This document shows positions 12,027 through 25,245 of a stretch of DNA of 64,000 nucleotides, piece after piece. This stretch comes from Rhina ancylostomus (Eukaryota), in the NCBI GenBank assembly GCA_030265395.1, contig JARFYF010000022.1, forward strand, positions 30,409,120-30,473,119, read 5' to 3'. The notes beneath the pieces are model-generated. The model saw only the letters and a list, made by a program, of their open reading frames with translations, searched no databases and had not been told where the DNA came from. Numbering within the stretch: position 1 is the stretch's first letter; every line of letters begins with the position of its first letter. Made by a program: the position numbers and the translations under genes.

Positions 12027-14385
12027 CACCCTTCCTCATATATTCTTTTCCTTTGAAGTCAATGGCTTTTGAAATGATATAACTTTAAATTAGATGTTGC
12101 ATCTCAATACTAAACATACAAGATTTATGTTTCTCATCATAAAGACTATGGAGTCATCAGTGAAAGCTGACTTTAATATTCAAGAATGGGAACTACCCTT
12201 TGAAACCAAGTCCAAAACCTAACTCTCCAGTATCTTAATTAAGTAGCTAATTTTCATGTACCAGACGGTGAGAACCAGCGAGTTGATCTACCATACACAC
12301 CGTTCTGTCCTCACCTCTACTATACAAGATCAATTACCGCTGGTGGTCTCTAGTGAGTTATTGGGTGCATGAACACAATCCACCAATAGTAACTTCACCT
12401 CAGACAGTAATATATTGAGCGTAATGCATTTTAGGACACCTTGAAAATGTAAAATCTATCATATAAATTTATTTCCAGCATTTTTTCCCTTGCAACACTA
12501 CAGAAATTAAAGCAAATTAGAGCATGCTTCTTAGGACTTGGATGATTTCAGATAACTTAGTACAGTTCAGAATCAAATCTAGAACCTTATTGGTCTCAGT
12601 CAGTTTCTTCGAGCTGTATATAGCTGGAGCTAGCATTTATAAACTGAGATTGAGATTCACTGGCCACCATATGGTCATTTCAGACAGGGAGTTCATCTCA
12701 AAATTATCTCCACTGAAATTGTATTGACAGCAGGATATGATGATATGGTTCACTGCTTGATCTGGGTTACCACATTCACTGCTCATGCATTGCATGGCCA
12801 TATTGGCTATGTTCATTTAGATCCTGTTTATAAACATCCATGACCTTTAAAGCTGGTTAAACTCATGGAGCTATGTCTTTGGGACTTGAGTGAGCTTCCT
12901 TCTGCAGATGATTATTTGGTTCAGGCTTTATTCCATTCATCATTTCTTATCACATTGATGATCCAAGGGTTTGAGAACCAAAATGAGTTCCTCAAAATCA
13001 CGTGGTGAGTGGGGATACTGAGGGAGAGTGGGGAGGTCAGAGTAGTTTGATGGATTGGTAGGTGTGGCTTACTGAGGTGTGGCACACTGCCTCCATGTGC
13101 CTTGAAGCAGCTCGATTGATATGAGAAAAGTGATATTAGGTGGAATACTATGATCAGTGCCATCAAATCAGTGACCAAACATAAGGAAAAGATCGTCCAC
13201 TCAATTGAGCAATACTTCAAAATCATTATTGGTCTTAGTAATTCATTTCCATGATAAAGAGTAAATCTAGTACCTGGACTATTAAAAGTTGCTTACGTTG
13301 TCTTAAAAGGGTTAAACTTCAGTTTTATGAACTGAACTATATCCAAACATTAGGAATCCACTAGAGAATGAAGAGAAGAATGTCTTTCAAATAACTTGAA
13401 AACTGCAAAAGTGTGGAATGAAAACAATAGCTCATCCCTTGTCAGTATTTACATTTTCCCAAGGTCTTCATGGCATACTACACAATCCTTCAAAGTGCCT
13501 GGCTCAAAACTGGTAAGCTTTTGGAATGCATTCAAACTTTACAATATCCCACTAGACTATCACAGAAAGAAACAACTGATTTGTTGCTACGCACACAGGG
13601 CCTTATCATCATTCGCCAGTATTTAGAAAAAGATTGCAATACCAGACTGTGCAAATAATTATTTACAATGATCCATTTTAATCCATCATTGCCACATACA
13701 TGATATGATTCATCAGAAATAAACTGTAACTTATCTGACTCATTAAAACATTGTCCTTTCTTTTTTCATCAATATTCAGACAAGTCATAAATCCTACTTG
13801 ATTCTCGGAGTGATGATAAGGTAGAGGTTTCTCTGTATTTGGCCATTTTGTGTAGGCTGGAGGTTAACAGAATGGCCACATTTCTGTTACTGTGGATGAG
13901 ACTACAGCTCTACTGGATAATGTACATAGGATTGAGCCCACTGAGAATTCCTCAAAAGTTGAACAAGGTGCCAGTGCTCACTCTAAAACCCTAACTAGTA
14001 CAAGACAAAGACACTGGAATCTTCACCAAGGAGTTAACCCTTTTTAAGGGAAGGGGAAAACCTGCTGGGAGGAAATCAGTTTGATATTTTTTGACGACTT
14101 TATGCAGAAACATTAGCTACTATTTTAGTTAACATAAATTGGCCTATCACGGAGTGAAAAATTGTAAACTAATACTTTTTATTGTAGCCTACTGACATGG
14201 ATGTGCAAATAACATTTATATATTTGGAAAATTAATAACATTTAGAATTGTGTCAAGAATATTCAATCTGTCGGTTATATTGTGCAGACATTGCTCTGTT
14301 TAAAGTGCCTAGAATTAACTTTATGCTTACTTTGGTCTTTAAAGATTTCATTTATTTTTTAAAAAATACATTTTGTTTTGATAAT

Positions 14386-15075
14386 GGTGGAGGCATCCGT
14401 TAGTCTCGTGAGACCATGGATCTGCGCATGGAGAGTCTTGCTTCAGTTGGTAGTGGTGGAGCAGCGTCTGTTGTGACTGTAGTGGCCCACACGGGATTGA
14501 CANNNNNNNNNNNNNNNNNNNNNNNNNNNNNNNNNNNNNNNNNNNNNNNNNNNNNNNNNNNNNNNNNNNNNNNNNNNNNNNNNNNNNNNNNNNNNNNNNN
14601 NNCCTCCTGTGTTGCTTTGGTGCTGTTTTTCTGGCGAGTGCGCTTTTCTTCAGCAGCTAGCCTCAGCTTCTCTTCTCCTCGTTTCAGACCTCTGTGTAGT
14701 TCCAGCCTCCAGCAAGAGCGATCGCTTGTAATTTCTTCCCACCTCTCAACGTTCATGTTCAGTGATTTCATATCTGTCTTGCAGATGTCTTTGAAGTGTA
14801 GATGGGGCTGTCCTTGTACTCTCTTGCCGAAGGCCAAATCCCCGTACAGCAGGTCTTTCGGCATCCCCCCGCCTGGCGTGCGATGTACGTGGCCCAGCCA
14901 GCGGAGACGGCATTGTTGGAGCAGGGTGAAGAGGCTGGGTATCTGAGCGCGGGTCAGGACCTCGTTGTTGGTGACTCTGTCAGTCCACTTGATGTCCAGG
15001 ATGCATCTCAGGCTATGAAGGTGGAAGGCATTAAAATGCCACTCCTGTCAGGAGTTGAGGCTCCAGGTCTCTACA
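14386..15075 (-). mobile_element. RTE-clade LINE, 5'-truncated, relatively young
   Basis: The minus strand encodes …LDIKWTDRVTNNEVLTRAQIPSLFTLLQQCRLRWLGHVHR…MPKDLLYGDLAFGKRVQGQPHLHFKDICKTDMK…DRSCWRLEL, the hallmark RTE C-terminus. CpG-rich relative to flanks; 11-bp direct repeat GTTTTGATAAT at 14375-14385 and 15083-15093. Contains a 100-N gap. Confidence 0.92.
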
Positions 15076-15474
15076 TCTTGGGGTTTTGATAATATACCCA
15101 TGATAGTTATATCTTCTTCACAAAGGAGATGGTGAACAAAACAGTGAAGAAGCCATTGTTTTCTGTCTTTCTGTGCTCTGGTCAGATTACTCTCATTTTC
15201 CTGGTACAGTATACATTGGTCAATTGGGGCAAAAACATCTTTATTTTTTTACCAGCCACACTCATTTACAGAAGCTGCTATTGTTGCTATATTTCTGCAT
15301 TACTTGAGTCCCATGAACTCTTTATCATTAGAGTTAGTTACAAATTACTTGTTATCCTTCTTGCTGCAGTTTATTTTACCAACAAGCGCAGTATAATGGC
15401 CAAGAGTTCAGCAATGGACATGATCAGAAGGGTGACCTTTCATTCTGGGGTATGATTCTGCATTCCAGATATGC

Positions 15475-16265
15475 CAGCCATGTAAAACATCATCCCTGCA
15501 TCTACCTTGTCAAGACCCAAATGAATTTTGTATGAGATCATCTCTCATTCAATGAGATCACCTCTCATTCTTCCAAAGTCTGCAAAACTTTTCCTTATTA
15601 GACAAAGCCCATCCCAGAAATCAATTTGGTGAATCTTCATTGGATTGTCTCTATCTTGAGCATATCACTCCTTATGTAGGAGTATACCTGTACACAATAT
15701 TCCTGGTGCAGTCTCAGCAGGGCCCAATATAACTGAAATAAAATTCCTTTACTCTTAAACTCAAATCCTCTTGCAGTAAAGGCCAAAATGCCATTTGTCT
15801 TTCTTGCTGTACTTGCTTAATAACTTTCAGCGATTTATTTACAAGGACATTCTGGTTCCTCTAAACACCAATACCTTTAAATCTCTCACTATTTAAAAAT
15901 ATACATGTTTCTATTTTTTCCACCAAAAGATATGCTCACATATTTCTATATTATATTCCTTCTGCCATGTCCTTACCCATTCTATTAGCCTATCCCTGTC
16001 CCCTGAAACCCCTCTGCATTCCTCACACAACCTAGCTTTGTATCATCAGGAGACTTAGATAGATTACAATTGACTCCATCCCAATCACTGATGTACAGTA
16101 AATTGTGAATGGCTTTGCCCCTTGAAACACCCACTGATCACTGCCCCCAACCTAAAAAATGACCAATCTATTCCAACTCTCCATTTTCTGCCCACTAACC
16201 AATCCTTAGTCTATGTCAGTATATTATCCATGATCCCATGTGCTCTGACTTTATTTGATTGCCTT
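15475..16265 (-). mobile_element. CR1/HER1 LINE RT-region fragment, decayed
   Basis: Reverse-complement CR1 motifs: GAGATCACCTCTCATTCTTC, TGTACACAATATTCCTGGTGCAGTCTCAGCAGGGCCC, CTAGCTTTGTATCATCAG (ADDTKL) and CCCCTTG…ACCCCAC (SGVPQG). Confidence 0.8.
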
Positions 16266-19200
16266 GACATTTGTTTGACATTCCTCGGGGATTGATCCTT
16301 GCCAATCAGCTGCCAGGTTCTCTGGGTTTGGATAAGTGATAATGACGCCTGAAAAGAAAATATATGCATTCCATATCACATAAATAGAAACTATATTCAT
16401 ATGGATTTCTCAGCAGTTTAGCTCAGAAGTTTAAACATACATTTATATGGGCCCCCAGTCAGGCAAAATATATTGTGCATGAAATATAGCCACTTTGCAA
16501 TATAATACTTTCATTTTAAGTAATGAAACTAACAACAAGGGAGAAGCTTTACAAGATTCCAATTGTTTCATTAGTTTAACTTACCATTGCTGCTTAGCAG
16601 GAATGAATGCAATGATTATTCAGGTGCCTTAAATAAGTGACCTCAGAGATACATGGAAAAATGAGCAAGCACCAAATGAAGGTTCCGTCAAGACTCAGCC
16701 AGTTAATACTCAGCTGTTAAAGCCTTGAGCTGAATTATCCTGGAAAATTTCCAATACCATCTATTTTCTGTATAGATCGCACACAAGGTGGTAATGGGGG
16801 TTAACCGACTGTCCACAGATTCAAAAGATTCAAAACCACTTCTACACAGTGTCCAGAGTTCCTGGGTGGCAACATAACTCATTTCAACCTAATCTGCCAG
16901 AAGGAGAAGTTGGGAATTCCCAAATTCAAGTTGGGAATATGTTATACGCATCTGTTTTATTTTGCTGTTTGTTTACTTCAATGCCAGAAGGGTGGGTGTG
17001 TAAAATGGCAGCAACACATACTCACCCATTTTCTAAAGGGCAAATTAGGTTAAAGTTATCCAAGTATGTTTACTACTTATGTAACATCTGAATGCTTACC
17101 ATGATCGAGAAAACCATATCCGAGAGCATTACTCCTTTCTTTATGATCAGAGGGGTAAGGAGAGAAAATTGATAGTAAAATTCAAGAAGAGATTTAAAAA
17201 GCTCAGACTCTTGAACAATTACAAAGCTACAAGTGTAATCAAAAGTCTACTTCATCATGGACCTCTGTTCTCCCTTAAATACTGTATATTGTTTGTGATA
17301 CCACAAAGCAGGTCATTCTGCCCCGAATCAACAAATTATAAAACACAAATTAAATATTTATAAAAGATGCAAAAACATCTGATACATGGCTAGCTNNNNN
17401 NNNNNNNNNNNNNNNNNNNNNNNNNNNNNNNNNNNNNNNNNNNNNNNNNNNNNNNNNNNNNNNNNNNNNNNNNNNNNNNNNNNATGCACATGTTTTAAGC
17501 AGCTCTGATCAAAATGTGCAATTAATGAGAGTTGTAACATCAAAATAATAATGTTTAAGCGAACCCAGCAGTTAAGTGGTTAAGATACACTTGAAGTATT
17601 ACAGTTTAAAGACGCACTGTCTTTGCGGCATGGGAGAGGGTTCATTGGAACAGACATTCATCTTTTCATCCAAATTACACTTTTGTAGTGCAATTACATG
17701 TCTGACGTGTTTTGTAAGCTTGAATCTCCGTGTTTGGCAACACAGGGGAAAAGTTTGCCAAATGTTTTTTTAATGGAGAAGGTGCCCTTTTAATCGAACT
17801 CTTAACAAAATAACTTCCAAACTTCACAAAATGTGTGGATGATAGTTTTAAAGTTATTCTTCAAAAATAATGTTCAAATATAAAGTAGCATACATCTACA
17901 GCTACAGTGACTGGCTCTTTAATTTCCGTATGAAATTTGAAACACAGTGAATGTTATAGAAAATGTTATAGAATGTAATAGGAATAATAAATCTCATTTG
18001 AAGACTGGAGTCAGGAGAGTAGAAACATTTAGAATTATCTGCCTCTGGAGATTAACTTTACCTCAAGGCTAGTTGAGATACCAATCTGAGTTCAGGGCTG
18101 AACGGAGAAGACTGGAAAGGACCCAGAATCATATCTAGAGGTTGAAGTAGTCATGGGAGTGAATTAAGAGAATATCAAATAGTCACATTGACAAAGCAAC
18201 AATTTAAGTTAAAAGTTTGTAGAAAAGAAGTCAATCGTAAGTGGTCCTTTCATAGTGAATTTAAGTCTGTGCATAGATAGCTACTTTCACTGTAATGTAT
18301 TCTGAGATCGTACCAGACTCTTACAGAGAGGTTGATATCAGTATATACCATATGCTAACAGATCAATTGGTTGCATAAGCAACAATATTTAAAACTTTTC
18401 ATCAAAAAGTACATAAATCTATAAAATTATCTTTTTTCTTTATTCCAAACAACTGCTTTTCCCCAAACTTGAAAGATAAGCAGGTTAAGTTGAATCCCAA
18501 AAGAAATGACATGTAGATTACATCTTATTAAAACATTTGGAGTTAATAGAATATTTGCAATCACTGGCAACAGACTGAAGTTGGTGATCCCTCATAACCA
18601 ACTGGATGATTCACTGTAAATCCCTCATTTTTGACAGAACCATCAAACAGATGGAGAAATTGTTTGCCATGAAACATTCCAGCTCATTGTTTGGTTTGAA
18701 TGTTACTGTCATCATTAGCTTCAGTGCATATGCTTAATTGACACACAGCAAAATGCTAATAGACCCTTGCACAATCCGTCATGCTCTGAGGTGTTAATAT
18801 TTCTGAAGGAAAATAAATCAAATTGCAAATATGAATATTATTAATGATTTAAGGAACTAAAGGGATTTTTCAAGATCATTGCTTTACAATAATGTGCATC
18901 TGAGCAGCCAGTCATATTTAGTGCCTCCAGTGTTTTCATATGACTTCCAGTTCAACCAGAGCTTGAGGTCCTTCTATATGAGATTTCTATGGAACTGCCT
19001 TCATGATTGTAATATCCTAATGCCACTCAACGTACGCTGTGCTGCAAAAGCTAAGTATCAAGTATACATACTTGCGAAACACAGTTGTGGCTATTTTCAT
19101 GACACATCACTTAGTGAATTCACAGAAAATATTTGGATGGCCCTTAGCTTGATCTCTCATCTGAGTTGATTAATTGGTTGGTCCCAGTTGGCTGGTGGAT

Positions 19201-22200
19201 GAAGCACTGCAGTAAATCCTTTCCCCAGCTTACCTTGTCTGCCCTCTTACCGACATTCACTTTTGTCCACCATGGAAGCTGGTTAGATGCTGCAGTGGTG
19301 TGGAGCTGCCAGAATGCCCTTGGATTCCGTGTTTCCAGTTGGAGTCCAATGAAAATGAAGCTCAGTCTTCAAAATGGACCAGGCCTCCCACTAGTTAGTC
19401 GNNNNNNNNNNTCCCTGCTGGAATACCTTGCTGGAATGCTGGTGCATTTGGTTGACACATCCCTCCCCCACACCCAGGATTCCACTCTTAAGATAAAAAA
19501 AAAAATCCAACCCTAAGTAAAACAGACAATTGAAGAGGAGCATCAAAATAAAGGGCAAATATCCTTACTTAATAGACCATTCAAGGATGATATCATGCAG
19601 AGGTGCTGGGTAAAATGGTAAATGTGACAAGCTGAAATGAAGTAGAAAAAAAACAAAAGGCAAGAAAGCAAACAGTTAACAGCTCAGAACTTGCCAACTT
19701 GTTTCATTGCAACGGAGATGGTTAAAAAGAATGGCCTTGCTTACTATCGTACAACAGTATCCCTGTAAGTCAGTATTGCAGACTGACCAGATGAAAGAGG
19801 TTGTAGGTACTGCCACTGGTATTGCAAGTCCTACGCTCATGGTAACTGTAGGTGTCCTAATGGCAGATGGCAGAGATTTGCAAATTGTTCTTTGATGATC
19901 TGTTGACGGTTCCCCATAGTCATCACCAGGTGGGTGACACCACATATGTTTGCAGGTATCTTGGCAGATATGGACAAGCAGGCAATACCAGCTGCTGGAT
20001 GGGTCCAGTGGTCCAGACATAGGTCCAGTGTGGATGAGAAATGTTGAGAATGGGGTTTTACTGAGCAAATATCCAGCATTCACATTAGTCAAGCTTTCGG
20101 TTATTTTTGCCAACTGATCTGCTTTGTAGCTTCTTTGGGGAATAGGAGGTTGGCATGAATTAATCAGCTGTCAAAGTGAAGTACAGGCACCTCTGACCCC
20201 AGATCAGAATGTCTGGGTCAGGCAGGTGAAAAGGTACAATTTTGGTGCATCCAGGCCTGACTGGCAATTTTCTATTGGTTCTCATATTCTTTCACCAGAA
20301 GATCAGATAGGAGTAAATGAAAATCAACAAAAAAAACTGCAGAGACGTGTAATTTTTGGGAAGTCCATTTATTTCATTTCTGGTACTTGTAGCAAAATAT
20401 AAATGGCACGAGGGTATCATGAGAACCCAAGCACCAGCAGAAAAATAATGAACAGTCACAGTTGAAAAATGAAGGAAGCTGACTTTCGTAGATCAGCATC
20501 ATTTCAATGAATTTCTACACACTTACCACAATCCAGCAATACTGGTCATCCATTTCATGAATTAAGGCAAATTTTCTTATTTCACATTAGCTCAGTGAAG
20601 TAGGTTTATGACCAATCCCTCATTTGTTAGAAAAGAAATATAGACTGGGCAGATATCTAGATTGTTGCATCTCCTCCCCTATGATAAAGATGCAGTGGCC
20701 ACTGTAGGAGGTGAAAAATAGGCAAGGAATTGCAAAGGGAAGGGTATCACACTTATTCACAATGAGGGCAGAAAAAGCAATGTTGCATCTAGACCTTCCC
20801 TTGCAATCTATTCAAATGATTAGCTTGCACTCCTCCATTTATGATCACCATGGGGCCAAGGGAAGAAAGTGGGATCCAATAACATGATGTAGCAATATCA
20901 CAGTAATCACTCACTGGCCCCGAAGCCAATGGTATCAGATCTCTTGGTGTTGGCTCTCAACATTTGCTGGATAAGGCAACCATTCACACAGAGGTAAAGT
21001 GGATCATCGCACAGAACCTGATATAGATGTCAGGGATCACAGTAAGCTCCACCTCCTTACTTAATGTCAATAATTCATACAAATTTAACGGAATCCAGTA
21101 CCACAATGGAGTGGGTCATAGGATCATGAATGCCTGTATCCTTTCTCTTTGGGAGGTCCCCAGATCAAGGCCAATTCCTTGACTTCAGGTCTTTGAACCT
21201 GGGGTAGGAAGAAGGGCATTTGGAAAGAATTATGGTAATTAGGTTAAATGGTTTTGAGATGCCATCTCTCACTACCTACAAAACCTAACTGATGCACTCA
21301 AGCATGCCCTTTCACTGATCATTGTACAGTAAGATCCAAGATCCAGTGCATGATGTATCTAGAGTCTACCTACAGTTCAATCTAAATCAACATAATCCTG
21401 AGACTACTCTCTATATCAAGTCAGCTTAGACATCTCCTCACAAAGGTGTCAGGATACAAACCTAGTGAAGTAAAAGGATCCACCCTATCTTTGAGAGTCA
21501 CATTAGTCCCAACGGGTTTAACAACATAGCATAGCCAAGCATCAATGATTGCTCTGGCCCTCATACAGGACCTCAGAAGAACTCAGGGGAGAATTAAAAG
21601 TGCCACCACAGCTAGGAATGGTGATACTAAGACCATTAATGGTGGCGTCACTAATGGTGACGTTTATATAGTATTCATGAAGTAAAACAGTTCTTCACTT
21701 TCACACCAAGAGGATCTTGGTTCATGAAGTTCCATGGGATAAACACTCTCTTTTTACTACCAGTATCCTCTCAAGCAGACCAATTTTGAGATGTAGTTAA
21801 GGAAACAATGTGTACTTTCTCGTGAAAGGGTAACTCTTCATTGGCCATTTGTATAGCTTTATTCTATGTTGCTTCTCACTTACTTTGGCTCCTGCACTTT
21901 TCCCTCTCTGTAAATACATGGTTCCGAAAGCATCAGGTTGGATAAAAAAGTCCCGTTAAAAATGATTAAAGGCAGTTTGCAGAGTTCTTTTTAGTCGTAC
22001 AATTGAGAAGTGGTTTCTCCCAATGCTCCAGTCACAGCTGATTCTTCTTAATAAGTCTATGACTGTTCAGAACCAAGCAGCTCAATCACATTCTAGTTTG
22101 AGAGATCATGGAGCTTTCTCAATGATTTCACCGTAAAATATTAAGGCAAACTTTAAATTACTGTAAGTTAATGAAATTTCTGTATTTGAAATTACAATAC

Positions 22201-23149
22201 AATTTTCCCCAAATGACTTTCTTCTGAGAATCATTAAAAATTTCATAAAGGATGTTATTTTCTACCAAATTAAACACTGCTGTAAGTGGCAGACAGTGAC
22301 TTTAACATCTTTCTGCATTCTTCTGCCTGCAGCCAAACCTACCTGAAATTAACATCTATTTCAGAACTGTTAGAACTTTGAAATACGTGAATTACATCCC
22401 AAATGTCAGTCCCTTGTGCCAAAACTACCCCACTTTTCCAATAAGAAAACTAAAGCTCTTGGCCTGTGTTCTGCAGCTTGGCTTTGTTTGAGGTGTTTCC
22501 TAGTTTTCTACACTTGTCTGCAATGAATCATTGCAATGAGAAGTACTGCTTTCCTGGCCACTCAAACCTACTGGAAGTGAAGTACACAGCTAGATCACAG
22601 CTGGAAGCAGCCTGCCCTGCCTGCTTAAGCCTGACTTGCTGGAATTACTGCAGCACATTCCAGTGTCATGCTTAGTAAACATGCAGGATACTGGGTCGGC
22701 CAGCAAAAGACCTAGAAATTACAAGCACCACAGGCTTGTGTGTAGTGTGAAGGTCTTTTCTATCTAATGAAAAAAGATGTTGATAGCAAACCACCACTTA
22801 TTCTGTTTATTATGGAGCACTGAAATCATGTCAGCACACCCTGTGCAACAGACTGTTGTGAGATAATTTGTATGTGTGCATTATTGTTTTATTAGCATTC
22901 CCAGACCACCTATTCTAATTAGGAGAATTACTGTGCAAATTAGATACAGGAAGGGCATGAAGAGATGGCAGTTGTATGGTGCTCACAGACAAATACCTAC
23001 CAAATGAACTAACGGTGAGATTGATATCATTTTGGCAGCATCATGGTGTCCCTATTATTTGTACAAGCAATATGAGAAACATTTAATTTATCCGATCCAT
23101 GTTGCCACATCTGCCCCTCCCCAATGTTCTTCCTTCTCCTGCAGCAGGA

Positions 23150-23320
23150 ATTGACTAGTGGCTCACCATTCTTCACATGTGAGCCAAGACGATGTCAGCA
23201 ACACATTCAGCTATGGAAAGTATCACAGCTAAGCCCAGTCTGTTGTTCAGTGGTGCCTACATTAGTGCACTCTCCAATTCTGCTGGTTGAATAGCAAACG
23301 GGTTTGAATGCTGATCTTTT
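23150..23320 (-). mobile_element. LF-SINE-like element fragment
   Basis: Minus strand GGGCTTAGCTGTGATACTTTCCATAGCTGAATGTGTTGCTGACATCGTCTTGGCTCACATGTGAAGAATGG. Confidence 0.55.
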
Positions 23321-24238
23321 TTTTAAAAATCTGGAATACAGTAAAGTATAACCATAGATCTGGCAAGGATCAAATGTCTGAAATATGAGAGCCTTCTGAT
23401 CTCCCTGATCAAATACCCTGTCAAGTGGCCCGCATACACCCTGAAAAGATAAATTGATGAAATATTTCAAGAAGAATTGCATTGATACAATTATTTAAAG
23501 GACATTTTGAAAAGCTTTTCTTCATAACCTTACAAAGATATATGACTATCAATTATGAGATGAAGCATTTAATCAGTTTACAAGATAGGTTTGCCTCTAC
23601 TCACCCTGTACCATTTCCATGGGAGTAGTGGTGAATCTAACTTGTTAGTTGATTTGGTGCCATACCTCGTGGAAGGCAATTGTATATGGTTAAAATATTA
23701 TCATTCTCCTAAGAGAATGAAGAATAACTTAGGACATATCATTTTAAAACATTTGTAACAATGTAATTCTTTGTGAAAAATTGTGTCAACTTGTCTTGTT
23801 CTGGGTGCACATGTGCCACTTGATGGGAACCAGTCCAGAACAATCCCACATTTTAGTCATCTGACCTTTGCCAGAAACTTAATGACACTGTGGTTTCCTT
23901 CAGCAGTGCTGAATTTTGTTCCAAACAAGATAGTGTCTTACCAACTACCAGCGACAATCAATGATATTCCCATAGGTGNNNNNNNNNNNNNNNNNNNNNN
24001 NNNNNNNNNNNNNNNNNNNNNNNNNNNNNNNNNNNNNNNNNNNNNNNNNNNNNNNNNNNNNNNNNNNNNNNNNNNNNNNNNNNNNNNNNNNNNNNNNNNN
24101 NNNNNNNNNNNNNNNNNNNNNNNNNNNNNNNNNNNNNNNNNNNNNNNNNNNNNNNNNNNNNNNNNNNNNNNNNNNNNNNNNNNNNNNNNNNNNNNNNNNN
24201 NNNNNNNNNNNNNNNNNNNNNNNNNNNNNNNNNNNNNN

Positions 24239-24450
24239 TGGGTGCATTCAAGGAGGAGATAGACAGATATCTAATTAGTCAAGGTATTAAGGGTTATGGG
24301 GATAAGGCAGGAAATGGGGATAATTTTTTTTCCTTTTCTTTGTTTTATTTAACTCCCCCCCGCCACTTCTCCCTCTTATTTCCATTTCCATGGAGTGGGC
24401 TCAATGGGCCGAATGGCCTTCTTCTGCTCCCTTATCTTGTGATCTTGTGA
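24239..24450 (+). mobile_element. CR1/HER1 LINE 3' terminus (adjacent to a gap)
   Basis: GCATTCAAGGAGGAGATAGACAGATATCTAATTAGTCAAGGTATTAAGGGTTATGGGGATAAGGCAGG…GGGCCGAATGGCCTTCTTCTGCTCC with an (ATCTTGTG)2 tail. Confidence 0.8.
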
Positions 24451-24454
24451 GTAT

Positions 24455-24575
24455 CAACACAAGGGCTGCAGCAGTTCAAAAAAACAGTTCACTGCCACCT
24501 TCTCAAGGGCAATAAGAGATGGGCAATAAACGCTGGTATTTCCTGCAACACCTACATACAATGAATTTTTAAAAA
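24455..24575 (+). mobile_element. 3' tail of another LINE/SINE family
   Basis: GGGCTGCAGCAGTTCAA…CACTGCCACCTTCTCAAGGGCAATAAGAGATGGGCAATAAACGCTGG. A related tail ends the element at 62345-62582. Confidence 0.6.
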
Positions 24576-24779
24576 TGTACAATATGGTGTTGAAGCACAG
24601 AATCCAGGAAATAGAAATTACTCTTTCACTCATGTGTTTGGGTGAAATGTCTCTGTTTGCTTTCCTAATAAACATTTTAGTACACATAGTTTATGTACTT
24701 CTGTTAAGACAGCAAACAGAGGAATGTTATCAATACCTTCATCAATTTATTTTATGTATCCCACACAGAAATTTTTAAG

Positions 24780-25245
24780 CCTGAGACAGCTTAGGCTCAT
24801 TTCCGTCATGAGCTAAGTGTTCTCATCCAAGGGTTTTCTTGGGATGGTGCAGTTGATCTCAGTCAGAATTTTAACTCCTCATTCACTATCCATAAAGGTG
24901 AACCACTCCACCAACGGGTGCTTGTGTCCAAGTAGTAATTAGTCAGTCTTGAGATCTACAAAATCAATCAAGATTACCATTTGGGATACAGCTGGCACTC
25001 TCTCCTCATTAAAGTTCTCATCTGACTGTAAGATCTACGTGGAGTGATTTCTGCCACAAATTGCCAGGGGTTGGTTACCAAATGAGGCCTTGCCCGTTGA
25101 AGCTAAATTGCCTGTCAGTGCTTGATGTCCAGGATGACACATGACAAATCGCCACTTGGTTGAGAAATTCGGAAGTTTCCAGCCCCTTTGGAACTATACC
25201 TCAGTATGAGTCACTGCCTTCAGGGAGGAAGGGAGAAATGAGTAG
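24780..25245 (+). mobile_element. LF-SINE-like element, near full length
   Basis: The 3' part GCCACTTGGTTGAG…CCCCTTTGGAACTATACCTCAGTATGAGTCACTGCCTTCAGGGAGGAAGGGAG resembles the LF-SINE-type tail; homologous to 44270-44690 and 47760-47915. Confidence 0.55.

Noticed and set aside
22335-22360. Recursive splice site (minus-strand CAG|GTAGGT)
   Set aside because: The upstream polypyrimidine tract is too weak to call.
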